A stretch of DNA of 19,698 bases. It comes from Okeania sp. GTDB lineage: Bacteria; Cyanobacteriota; Cyanobacteriia; Cyanobacteriales; Microcoleaceae. The stretch covers positions 1 through 19,698 of the forward strand of contig NZ_JAYKGW010000056.1 of the NCBI RefSeq assembly GCF_035285525.1. The letters are read 5' to 3'. The notes below the pieces were generated by a model that made no database searches, was not told the origin of the DNA, and saw only the letters and a program-made list of their open reading frames with translations. A program made the translations under genes and the position numbers. Below are positions 1 through 8,104 of the stretch, in pieces. Each line of letters starts with the position of its first letter. Position 1 is the stretch's first letter.

Positions 1-219
1 TTTGGGAAATTTATTTGATAAACTTTCAGAAGAAAGGGGTGAGTTTAGTAAGGTTAAAAGTTTTTAATTAAGTTAACCGAAAAACCCGCCCCTACTTTGG
101 GAAATTTATTTGATAAACTTTCAGAAGAAAGGGGTGAGTTTAGTAAGGTTAAAAGTTTTTAATTAAGTTAACCGAAAAACCCGCCCCTACTTTGGGAAAT
201 TTATTTGATAAACTTTCAG
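1..219. repeat. 95-bp tandem repeat with 2.3 identical copies (units start at 1, 96 and 191), cut by the window edge
   Basis: Units 1-95 and 96-190 are identical by eye. The third unit matches for 29 nt (191-219) and then diverges. Each unit contains a long imperfect hairpin: ggggtgagttt at 36-46 pairs with aaacccgcccc at 82-92, enclosing ggttaa/ttaacc at 52-57/73-78. Confidence 0.9.
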
Positions 220-235
220 CAGAGCGATCGCCTCT

Positions 236-1471
236 TTAAACTTTAAATTTCTCAGTTATCCGTTTCATCGCCTCATTCACATTTTCCCGATTATTAAAAG
301 CAGAAATACGGAAGTAACCTTCACCGGCAGCACCGAAACCGGAACCTGGAGTACCCACAACATTACAACTTTGTAACAGTTTATCGAAGAAATCCCAACT
401 TGACAAACCAGCAGGAGTCTGCACCCAAACATAAGGTGCATTTACTCCACCATAAACAGTTAACCCTGCTGTTTGTAACTGGGAACGAATAATTTTGGCA
501 TTTTCTAAATAAAATTCTATTAATGCTTTAACTTGAGCTTTCCCTTCCTCGGAGTAAACTGCTTCCGCACCCCGCTGCACAATATAAGAAACTCCATTAA
601 ACTTGGTGCAATGACGACGGTTCCATAATTTCCATAATTCTACATCGCTACCATCAGCAGCTTTACCTTTGAGAGTTTTGGGTACGACAGTCAACGCACA
701 ACGAGTACCTGTAAAACCAGCATTCTTGGAAAAAGAACGAAATTCGATCGCGCATTCTCTTGCTCCTTCTATCTCATAAATAGAATGGGGAAGACTGGCA
801 TCAGTAATAAATGCTTCATAAGCAGCATCGAATAAAATAATGGCATCATTCGCCTTAGCATAATTTACCCATTTTTGCAAGTATTCTTTAGTCGCCGTCG
901 CACCAGTAGGGTTATTCGGGAAACATAGATAAATTAAATCTACCTTTTCAGTAGGAATTTCGGCAGTAAAATTATTTTTCGCTGTAATTGGTAAATAAAC
1001 TAAACCCTCATATTCTCCCTTATCATTCACATCACCAGTGTTACCTGCCATAACATTAGTATCTACATAAACTGGATATACTGGATCGGTTACAGCAATA
1101 GTATTATTTTTGCCAAAAATATCTAGAATATTACCAGTATCACACTTAGAACCATCAGAAATAAAAATTTCCGAAGCATCAATATCGCATCCCCTAGCTT
1201 GAAAATCTTGAGTAGCAATCTTTTCCCGTAACCAAGCATAACCCTGTTCTGGACCATAACCCTTAAAAGTAGAGCGATCGCCCATTTCTGCCACAGCTTT
1301 AGTCATAGCTTGCAGACAAGCTTCTGGTAATGGTTCGGTGACATCCCCAATACCCAATTTAATAATAGAGGCTCCCGGGTGTGCTTCAGCGAAGGTATTA
1401 ACTCGGCGAGCTATTTCTGGGAAGAGGTATCCTGCTTTAAGTTTGAGATAATTATCGTTAATTGTTGCCAT
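236..1471 (-). CDS. dapL: LL-diaminopimelate aminotransferase (DapL), PLP-dependent class I aminotransferase
   Basis: 411-aa ORF with an ATG start. The N-terminus [20 protein letters not shown] is typical of cyanobacterial/plant DapL. It has the PLP-lysine motif [12 protein letters not shown] and NPTG. The length matches the family. Confidence 0.96.
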   Translation of the reverse strand: MATINDNYLKLKAGYLFPEIARRVNTFAEAHPGASIIKLGIGDVTEPLPEACLQAMTKAVAEMGDRSTFKGYGPEQGYAWLREKIATQDFQARGCDIDASEIFISDGSKCDTGNILDIFGKNNTIAVTDPVYPVYVDTNVMAGNTGDVNDKGEYEGLVYLPITAKNNFTAEIPTEKVDLIYLCFPNNPTGATATKEYLQKWVNYAKANDAIILFDAAYEAFITDASLPHSIYEIEGARECAIEFRSFSKNAGFTGTRCALTVVPKTLKGKAADGSDVELWKLWNRRHCTKFNGVSYIVQRGAEAVYSEEGKAQVKALIEFYLENAKIIRSQLQTAGLTVYGGVNAPYVWVQTPAGLSSWDFFDKLLQSCNVVGTPGSGFGAAGEGYFRISAFNNRENVNEAMKRITEKFKV

Positions 1472-1519
1472 GATAGAGCAATCCTATTTTATTTGTGTAT
1501 AAAAATCTTACCGCTTTTC

Positions 1520-1554
1520 GGGAATGGGGAATAGGCAATGGGTAATAGGCAATA
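1520..1554. repeat. Heptanucleotide (STRR-type) array GGNAATR x5, 49 nt upstream of the dapL start
   Basis: Read directly as gggaatg gggaata ggcaatg ggtaata ggcaata. Confidence 0.8.
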
Positions 1555-1667
1555 GTTTGGGAGTTTATTTCTAGTTTTTGAATTATTAAAGCCTATTTAG
1601 GATTGTTATAAATAGAAGAAAGTTACTAATAATATTAGAACTGTTAGAAAACTGAAAGTCAAATTTC

Positions 1668-2291
1668 TTAAGTATTTCCTACGGAATGCTGCGCAAACAG
1701 TAGTCAGCTCTTTCACTTATCAGTTATCAGCTATTTCAATTATTAGTTTAATGGGTAGATTAAGTAAAGATATTAATCATTAATTTTTCACAAGTAGCGG
1801 GTATCTTACCTTTGTGTATTTATATTATTAAAATTGAGTTTTCTATCATATTTTATCCAGAAATTATAAGTATATAAAATCAAGATATTAATCATTAAAT
1901 ATTCCCAGTGCAGGCATCTTGCTTGCGTGGGTATATTTAACCTATTAATAATTAAATTTTCTATATCAAGTTTATTAAGTATTTCCTACAGAATGCTGCG
2001 CAAACAGCCTTCAGTTATTAGTTTAATCGGTAGATTAAGTAAAGATATTAATCATTAATTTTTCACAAGTAGCGGGTATCTTACCCTTGTGTATCTATAT
2101 TATTAAAATTGAGTTTTCTATCATATTTTATCCAGAAATTATTAATTTATTAGAAATGAAAACAGGGAATAAATGCATCAAATTATAAGTATATGAAATC
2201 AAGATATTAATAATTAAATATTCCCAGTGCGGGCATCTTGCCCGCGTGGGTATATCTAACCTATTAATAATTAAATTGTCTATATCAAGTT
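1668..2291. repeat. Two tandem copies (1668-1974 and 1975-2291) of a ~310-bp unit, each built from two diverged sub-units carrying an aagatattaatcattaa box plus a TCT-loop hairpin
   Basis: Long near-identical stretches align by eye, for example tattagtttaatgggtagattaagtaaagatattaatcattaatttttcacaagtagcgggtatcttacc versus the same with c/g changes at 2016 onward. Copy 2 has a ~41-nt insertion (about 2140-2185) and copy 1 has ~30 extra nt after caaacag. Hairpins lie at 1799-1811/2074-2086 and 1904-1931/2223-2250. Confidence 0.9.
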
Positions 2292-2294
2292 GGA

Positions 2295-2504
2295 TTAATT
2301 AGGGTTTGCTGATTAAGCGTGAAAGTATTGATAGATAAAAAAAATTTTAGCTTTTTTAGGTAAGAAAAAAGTATGCCTGTTTGAGCTGCTGCTAAACAAA
2401 ATCATCATTTTAGGCAAAAGTTAGGGAGAAAAATTACTCGCGTAGGGAGCTTGCATGCAACCTCCCTACCCTTAAAAAAGACTTTTTCAGCAAACCCTAA
2501 TTAA
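2295..2504. mobile_element. 210-bp MITE-like element with perfect 18-bp terminal inverted repeats ttaattagggtttgctga / tcagcaaaccctaattaa
   Basis: Left TIR 2295-2312 is the exact reverse complement of right TIR 2487-2504. There is no ORF inside. The interior carries a 28-nt near-perfect palindrome, gtagggagcttgcatgcaacctccctac (2442-2469). The same TIR core agggtttgctg recurs at 6734, 9346 and, degenerate, at 19556-19570. Confidence 0.8.
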
Positions 2505-2824
2505 CCAAAATACAAAAATACAGTTATAGATAATTTAGTCATCTTTAGATAACTTCAGCTATGAGCAAAGGATTAAAAACTTTGGCATTGTCTATCATTT
2601 GCTGGTATTTTTAAAGACTGAAATTGTTCAATTTTGTACCATAAAAAGCTTTGATAAATAATTCAGTAATCCCTAATTAAATTAAATATTATTAGCATCT
2701 TCTTTATATGGATATATCTCCGTAAAATGGAATTGACTTGAAGAGATTTTCCCAAAAAATTTAGGAATAAATTTATCACTTTTACTTTGAGCAGCAGGTT
2801 CAATTTTAGTCTCCTAGAACTATG

Positions 2825-2841
2825 ACAGGCAAGATGCCTGT
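2825..2841. repeat. Small dispersed hairpin acaggca-aga-tgcctgt (GGCAAGATGCC family), 2 nt beyond the metallophosphoesterase stop codon
   Basis: Perfect 7-bp stem with a 3-nt loop. Related copies are at 15861-15877 (acaggcaaaatgcctgt) and, in reverse orientation, inside the tandem repeat (gcgggcatcttgcccgc at 2229-2245 and gcaggcatcttgcttgc at 1910-1926). Confidence 0.75.
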
Positions 2842-2842
2842 G

Positions 2843-3961
2843 TTACACAGAAATCCGCTGTATTGAACCATTAAAACCAGTAATTGTTTCTGGTAATTCT
2901 TCTGGTTCAATAACTGCTAAAGTATTCATATTATAGGTAGTGAAAAAACTCTTATTTTCCTGCAAATTAATATCTACAATAGTCAAAGTATTTCTCGGAG
3001 GTAAATTACTATTAAGTAAAACACGAGGTCCGCTACCTAAAGCACCCGTAAATAACAACTTTAAATTACCTTTATAACCAGGAAAATAAGCATGATGATG
3101 ACCGCTAATATATAGATGTACATTATATTTTTCTAATAGAGTTTGTAATTCTTCTGCTTCTGCTAAAACATTACCAAATTTATTTCTCCCAACTGCCACA
3201 GCATAAAGAGGTAAATGCCCCATGACAATTCGCATTTTTGCAGTTTGTGCTTGACTACTTGCTAGACTTTTTTCTACCCATTCTAATTGTTCGGTAGGGA
3301 TATAAAATGAAGAGGCATCCCAAATTAAATAAAAAATATTTTTGTGGAGAAAGCTATAGTAAAAAGGAAACTTTTCTGCCTCCAAAAATTCGATGTTTAA
3401 ATCTTTTTGATGTTGACTCCAATATTCTTGTGCTAATCTACGTTCTTTGGCAAAAATAAATTCTCCTCCCTCAGTATAACCAGAAGCATCGTGATTACCG
3501 ATAGTAATAGCAAATGGTTGTTTAATTTGACGTAATGGTGTAAAAATATAGCTATCAAAACCATCCCACATAGCTTGAATATTTTCTTCAGTAAGTGACA
3601 GTTTTTGTCCGGCAACCATGTCACCAGCACAAAGAACTAAATCTGGTTTCCATTCTGATATTAAAGGAATAGTTTTTTCTACTTGAGATTCATAATTTGT
3701 AGAACCATATCGACTATTTAAGTCACTAATAACTACCAGGCGAATATCTCCTTTTTTCGGAGCAAACATTCCTGAAGGTGCCGATGTAGATGGAGTAGGA
3801 ATTTCTGAAGGAGAAATAGTTGCTTTTTCTGGAAGTTGGGAGTTAGTATTTTTAACATTTAAAGTTTGGCTAGTGGAAAATATTCTGCGGACAGTTACTG
3901 CAAATCCTAATCCAAATAAACTACTTAGAAAAATAAGTAAATTACGACGGTTAAATTTCAT
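2843..3961 (-). CDS. Secreted or membrane-anchored metallophosphoesterase (calcineurin-like phosphoesterase family)
   Basis: 372-aa ORF. The N-terminal hydrophobic signal/anchor is MKFNRRNLLIFLSSLFGLGFAV. Metallophosphoesterase motifs are present: GDMVAGQ, GNHD, GHLPLY and SGHHHAYFPG. Confidence 0.9.
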   Translation of the reverse strand: MKFNRRNLLIFLSSLFGLGFAVTVRRIFSTSQTLNVKNTNSQLPEKATISPSEIPTPSTSAPSGMFAPKKGDIRLVVISDLNSRYGSTNYESQVEKTIPLISEWKPDLVLCAGDMVAGQKLSLTEENIQAMWDGFDSYIFTPLRQIKQPFAITIGNHDASGYTEGGEFIFAKERRLAQEYWSQHQKDLNIEFLEAEKFPFYYSFLHKNIFYLIWDASSFYIPTEQLEWVEKSLASSQAQTAKMRIVMGHLPLYAVAVGRNKFGNVLAEAEELQTLLEKYNVHLYISGHHHAYFPGYKGNLKLLFTGALGSGPRVLLNSNLPPRNTLTIVDINLQENKSFFTTYNMNTLAVIEPEELPETITGFNGSIQRISV

Positions 3962-4393
3962 ATTTTTTGCCTCAAGTAAATTATATAAACAATATATAGC
4001 AATCCGTGGGAGGGAGAATTAATAATGAATAATTGATAATGAATCCCCAGAGTTTTTTAGAACTGATAACTGATAACTGAAATGACTAATGGATAATTAA
4101 TCATTGATAATTAGAAATACTTTTCAGGTAGTCTTGTGGACATAGTTATTTAGAGTATAAATAGAGAACAGAGAATAGAAATTACCTTAAATTCAGTTTT
4201 TCCAAGAAAATTTGATTCCTTTAACTAATTGACTTTTTTAAAAATATCACTACCTGTACACCAACACCAGTTTTAATTATCTACTAATGAAGAATTTTTT
4301 TGTTACTTGTATAATCTAAAAAGCTACTCTAACGGTTCCATAACTTATCAACTTTGGTTCGTTCTGAACCCTATAGAATTATAGATAATAATC

Positions 4394-4470
4394 AGGTGCA
4401 TTTCATATTTTTCAAAATACTTTTTTCCTCCATATCTATTCCTTCCATACCTGTTCCCTGTTCCCTAAAA
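4394..4470. repeat. Copy 1 of a dispersed ~80-95-nt module (aggtgcatWtcatattt ... aaaatacttttttcctccataYctattccttccatac ... ctgttccctaaa)
   Basis: Aligns by eye with 4864-4959. It ends in CCCTGTT-type heptamers. Confidence 0.75.
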
Positions 4471-4723
4471 GCGATAATTTTTTTGCTTTCTTCACCCATT
4501 GAGATGCACCACAATAATCTTGTTTGCTAACTATGAATCAAGCTTATTTATTTAACTTTAGTTAACCTAAATTTAATAATTAATTACTGTTTCTAGTCTA
4601 TTATTTCTATTAAGATTGTTTGATGTTATAGCAATCCTAAATAGGTTATGAAAAATCAAAAACTCAATAGGGCGAGCTAATTAAATATCAAAGCATTTAC
4701 AAATAAAGGTTTGAACAATTAAC

Positions 4724-4753
4724 TACTCCCTACTCCCTATTCCCTATTCCCTG
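4724..4753. repeat. Heptanucleotide array (CTCCCTA/TTCCCTA), with a second short array at 4833-4853
   Basis: Read directly as ctactccctactccctattccctattccctg. Confidence 0.8.
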
Positions 4754-4863
4754 TAATTATGACATAAAAACTAAGAGGGAATTATGAATGACCACCTCTT
4801 CTACAACTTCCCTAAATCCTAACTCTTAATTATTCCCTACTCCCTATTCCCTAAAAAGCAATG

Positions 4864-4959
4864 AGGTGCATATCATATTTATTTGCCAAAATACTTTTTT
4901 CCTCCATACCTATTCCTTCCATACTTCTTCCCTCCATACCTGCTCCCTGTTCCCTAAAT
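4864..4959. repeat. Copy 2 of the aggtgca...cctccatacc...ccctgttcccta module, ending 25 nt upstream of the deacetylase ATG
   Basis: Aligns with 4394-4470. It carries an extra internal duplication of the cctccatacc segment. Confidence 0.75.
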
Positions 4960-4983
4960 TAGAGTTTTAACTTTTTTAGTCTT

Positions 4984-6726
4984 ATGTTTAAATTATTCGC
5001 CTTTCGTTATGCCTTATTAGCAATCAGCTATCTAACTTTAACCCTATCAATAGGTTTATTTTCCAGACCAGCTTTTGCTGAATCCGAACCCGATAAAAAA
5101 TATCTTGAATCTTGCAATCAAAATATTAAAATATTAGAAATATCACTAGATAATACAATTAATAAATTCCTCACCATTTCTAACTTAATCACCAATAAAG
5201 AAATGGGATTAGCCAACTTAATTAAAACCATAAAAGAACAAACAATTGTTGCTATAAATAATAGTCCTAGTCCTTGGCCGACACTTCACAAAAGAGCCAG
5301 ATTAGCCAAAGTGCCTGTAATGATGTATCACGACATTTTAGCACGAAAAAAAGTATCTTTCGATCTAACAAAAGAACAATTTGAATATCATCTAAAATCA
5401 ATTAAAGAAAACGGTTTAACTCCTATTAATTTCGACCAATTAATTAGACATTTACGCACAGGAGAACCACTACCAGAAAAACCAATAGTTCTAACTTTTG
5501 ATGATGGATATATTGGTCATTATGAAATAGTTTACCCTCTGTTAAAAAAGTATAATTATCCAGCACTTTTCTCAATATACACAGACAAAGTAGATGGGAA
5601 AAAAGCTGGTCGTTCTACTGTAACTTGGGAACAATTACAAGAAATGGTAACAAATCCATTAGTTACTATTGCATCTCATAGCGTTACTCATCCTCGTGAC
5701 TTAACTAAATTATCTGACCGACAAGTTGAAAAAGAAATGTTTAAGTCAAAGCAAATTTTAGAAGAAAAATTAGGGATTAAAATAAACTATTTTACTTACC
5801 CAGAAGGTCATTATGATAAACGAGTAAGTGCTTGGGCAAAAGCAGCAGGATATACAGGAGCAATAACCATGAAAAATGACATAAATCTCTTTAGTAATGA
5901 ATCAAAAAGTTTACTAGCAATAGACCGTTTTGGTCAATCAGCATTAAATATAGCAATTGATGAAACTTCTGGTGGATTAGAATTACCATCCTCAAAATTA
6001 GGCTTTGATTTCAACAGTCAAATTAGTAAACATGAAATCTCTTTACAAGACATTCCTCTAATTTTAATTTCTGGGGGTAAACCAATTACTATTCATGCAG
6101 ATAATCGCTATCAAGTAAAAGATATTTTGGCAGAAAGTGAGGCGATCGCTGGAGTAGATGGCACATTTTTTTCTCTCGAAAGGTTAGATTCTAACCAAGT
6201 TATAGGTCCTATTTTAAGTCAGAGTACCAAACAATTTGTGCCTGGGGATAAAAATGATTATGAAAAAATAAAAAATCGTCCGTTAGTGTTAATTAGTGAT
6301 GATAAAGTAGATTTTATTCCTTTTGATGCGGAACTTCATAACACTATAGAAGGTCTGCAAAAATTAATGCCAAATGTTCAAGATGCTTTTGTCGGAGCTG
6401 GATTTTTAGTCAGAAATTCTCAACCACAACCAGCAGAAACTTTTGGCGATTTATTCAAATTTAATGAACTTCGTCACCGAGCATTTTGGGGTATCCATCG
6501 TAGTGGTCAACCTATTGTTGGAGTATCTTATCAAAGGGTTGGTTCAGTGGAACTTGGTCAACTTTTAGCACAAGCAGGATTTCGGGATGCTATAATGTTG
6601 GATTCTGGAGCAAGTACGTCTTTAGCTTATAATGGTGAATCTTTAGTTAGATATACTCCACGTCCTGTTCCTCATGTTGTGGGTTTAGTTCCTCCAAAGT
6701 TAAGTTGTATTGTGGTTCAGTATTAG
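4984..6726 (+). CDS. Exported two-domain protein with a NodB-type polysaccharide deacetylase N-terminal half and a phosphodiester glycosidase-like (DUF2233) C-terminal half
   Basis: 580-aa ORF with a signal-like N-terminus ending in PAFA. NodB motifs are LTFDDGY, ASHSVTHP and YPEGHYD. The C-terminal part has GVDGTFFS, RAFWGIH and MLDSGASTSLAY, typical of the DUF2233/NAGPA-like fold. Confidence 0.88.
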   Translation: MFKLFAFRYALLAISYLTLTLSIGLFSRPAFAESEPDKKYLESCNQNIKILEISLDNTINKFLTISNLITNKEMGLANLIKTIKEQTIVAINNSPSPWPTLHKRARLAKVPVMMYHDILARKKVSFDLTKEQFEYHLKSIKENGLTPINFDQLIRHLRTGEPLPEKPIVLTFDDGYIGHYEIVYPLLKKYNYPALFSIYTDKVDGKKAGRSTVTWEQLQEMVTNPLVTIASHSVTHPRDLTKLSDRQVEKEMFKSKQILEEKLGIKINYFTYPEGHYDKRVSAWAKAAGYTGAITMKNDINLFSNESKSLLAIDRFGQSALNIAIDETSGGLELPSSKLGFDFNSQISKHEISLQDIPLILISGGKPITIHADNRYQVKDILAESEAIAGVDGTFFSLERLDSNQVIGPILSQSTKQFVPGDKNDYEKIKNRPLVLISDDKVDFIPFDAELHNTIEGLQKLMPNVQDAFVGAGFLVRNSQPQPAETFGDLFKFNELRHRAFWGIHRSGQPIVGVSYQRVGSVELGQLLAQAGFRDAIMLDSGASTSLAYNGESLVRYTPRPVPHVVGLVPPKLSCIVVQY

Positions 6727-6728
6727 TA

Positions 6729-6996
6729 ATAATTAGGGTTTGCTGAAGAAGTCTTTTATTCGAGAGAAGGAGCCAGAATCCAGAATCCAGAAGCCAGGAG
6801 AAATGGGAATTACAGAAGAGGTAGTCAGAAGAATTATCCCTTGGTTTTCTGCCATAATTAGCCGATTTTTCGGGAACCGTAAGTCCTAGACTTTTTAGCT
6901 TGAGATACTTAAAAGCTGGCACTTTTGACCTACCTACAAAATGCTAAAAAGTTTAGCTGTAAAGGCTTTCATCTTTGATCGGCCAGCCCTAACTAT
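6729..6996. mobile_element. ~270-bp MITE-like element (left end taattagggtttgctgaag, degenerate right end cagccctaacta) starting 3 nt after the deacetylase stop
   Basis: The left end shares the agggtttgctga TIR core with the 2295 element. The first ~110 bp align at roughly three-quarters identity with 19324-19435 (gtctttta..ggagYcagaatccagaatc..ggtagtcagaaKaattMtccctt). The right end is degenerate, so the boundary is approximate. Confidence 0.6.
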
Positions 6997-7501
6997 TAAT
7001 TATTAATTATTAACTCTTAATTATTAATTATTCGGTAATACTATTTATTGACATTAAGCTAGATTAGAAAGTGCTAAAATCAACATCAAAATCACAAATT
7101 AATCACTTTATAAAAAAATAGAGATGCAGTTCTGTTTTTACCTATAGAAATAACTATGTTTTGTTTTTTAATGAGATTTTGTTGAATAATTCTTTGGTTA
7201 AATAATGAGATTTAGTAGTCAAGAATCGAAAATTAGAATAAATGGAGAGTGCTGAAAAATTAAGAAATAAAGTTTCTTAAATTTAGCGATAAAAAATTAA
7301 AAAGTTTCTTTTAGCCACTCCTTTTCTTTATAAAAAGAGTTAATTATTGAAAGAGGATATAGTTACATTAATTCTGTTCAAGTGGTTTTGTTATCTTTAG
7401 TGATACTAAGTTATACTAATTTGATTTTAATAAAACAATCATCAGAGAAAAATCAAATTTTTTGTTTGAGTTTGTAATTCTTATTTAAGAAAACATTGAA
7501 T

Positions 7502-7870
7502 TTAACGACTTGGCTTTGTATACATTCTATATATTTCTATTAAAACTCCAATAAATGAACCAGATAAGCCTCCAATAACTCCTCCCCAAAATGGAGTAAG
7601 TAGTGGACTAAAACAAGCATAAAGTCCATCCAAACCATCACCACAATTTAGAGGTTGAATTTTTTGATGATAGATAATAATAAATAAAACTGTACCCAAA
7701 AGTGAAACAAAAGTTGCTACATTAAATATTCTCATCCTACATCTTAAATGAGTAATGAATTTAGTAATTAAACCAACTATTCCTCCAATAGTACCTCCGA
7801 TAATAATACCTATACAAGCAGCAAATAATGAAACAAACCATACAAACACCACAGGAAGTATACTACTCAT
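7502..7870 (-). CDS. Small hypothetical integral membrane protein with glycine-zipper motifs
   Basis: 122-aa ORF. A strong Shine-Dalgarno (taGGAGAattttATG) lies 5 nt upstream of the ATG. It has 3-4 predicted hydrophobic helices. Gly-zipper-like segments occur at both ends (IIIGGTIGGIVGLI and WGGVIGGLSGSFIGVL). I recognised no family. Confidence 0.55.
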   Translation of the reverse strand: MSSILPVVFVWFVSLFAACIGIIIGGTIGGIVGLITKFITHLRCRMRIFNVATFVSLLGTVLFIIIYHQKIQPLNCGDGLDGLYACFSPLLTPFWGGVIGGLSGSFIGVLIEIYRMYTKPSR

Positions 7871-7917
7871 AAAATTCTCCTAATTTTATAGTTTCTAAGT
7901 CCTCCAAAAAAGTTTTA

Positions 7918-8104
7918 GTAAGCATTCAGCAGTCAGCCATCAGCTATCAACTTTAAGTTATTAATTTAATTATCATAACCAAGAAGGAATTAGCCTAAAG
8001 CGCGAGGATTAAAAATTATCAATAAAATTGGTCATCAGCTAACCTTATAATTGCTTAATTCTTTACACAAGCTGTTGGCGCAGCATTTCCCAGGAAATAT
8101 TTAC
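7918..8104. mobile_element. MITE-like element of the gtaagcattcagcagtcagc family
   Basis: The left end gtaagcattcagcagtcagccatcagctatc is shared with 8458 and 9206. The right end gctgttggcgcagcatttcccaggaaatatttac is related to 9349-9372 and to the reverse complement of 1668-1700. Boundaries are approximate. Confidence 0.55.

Noticed and set aside
2295-2312. TTAGGGTTT in the MITE TIR resembling a plant-type telomere repeat
   Set aside because: It is a single occurrence per end, not tandem, and sits in a bacterial context. It is a coincidental resemblance.
3433-3630. 65-aa ORF on the minus strand inside the metallophosphoesterase gene
   Set aside because: It is an alternative-frame shadow ORF wholly within a well-supported CDS on the same strand, and its sequence is low in information.
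4354-4372. ggttcgttctgaacc, and ggttcgggg at 16016, as possible tRNA T-arm remnants
   Set aside because: There is no surrounding cloverleaf, and no acceptor or anticodon arms could be assembled. They are simple short hairpins.
6647-6922. 91-aa ORF on the minus strand
   Set aside because: It overlaps the 3' end of the deacetylase gene and otherwise lies inside a MITE-like repeat. It has no RBS and no recognisable family.
7030-7075. TTGACA followed by taaaat as a possible sigma-70 promoter in the 6997-7501 spacer
   Set aside because: The spacing is about 21 nt rather than 17, there is no downstream gene on that strand, and such hexamers are expected by chance in AT-rich DNA.
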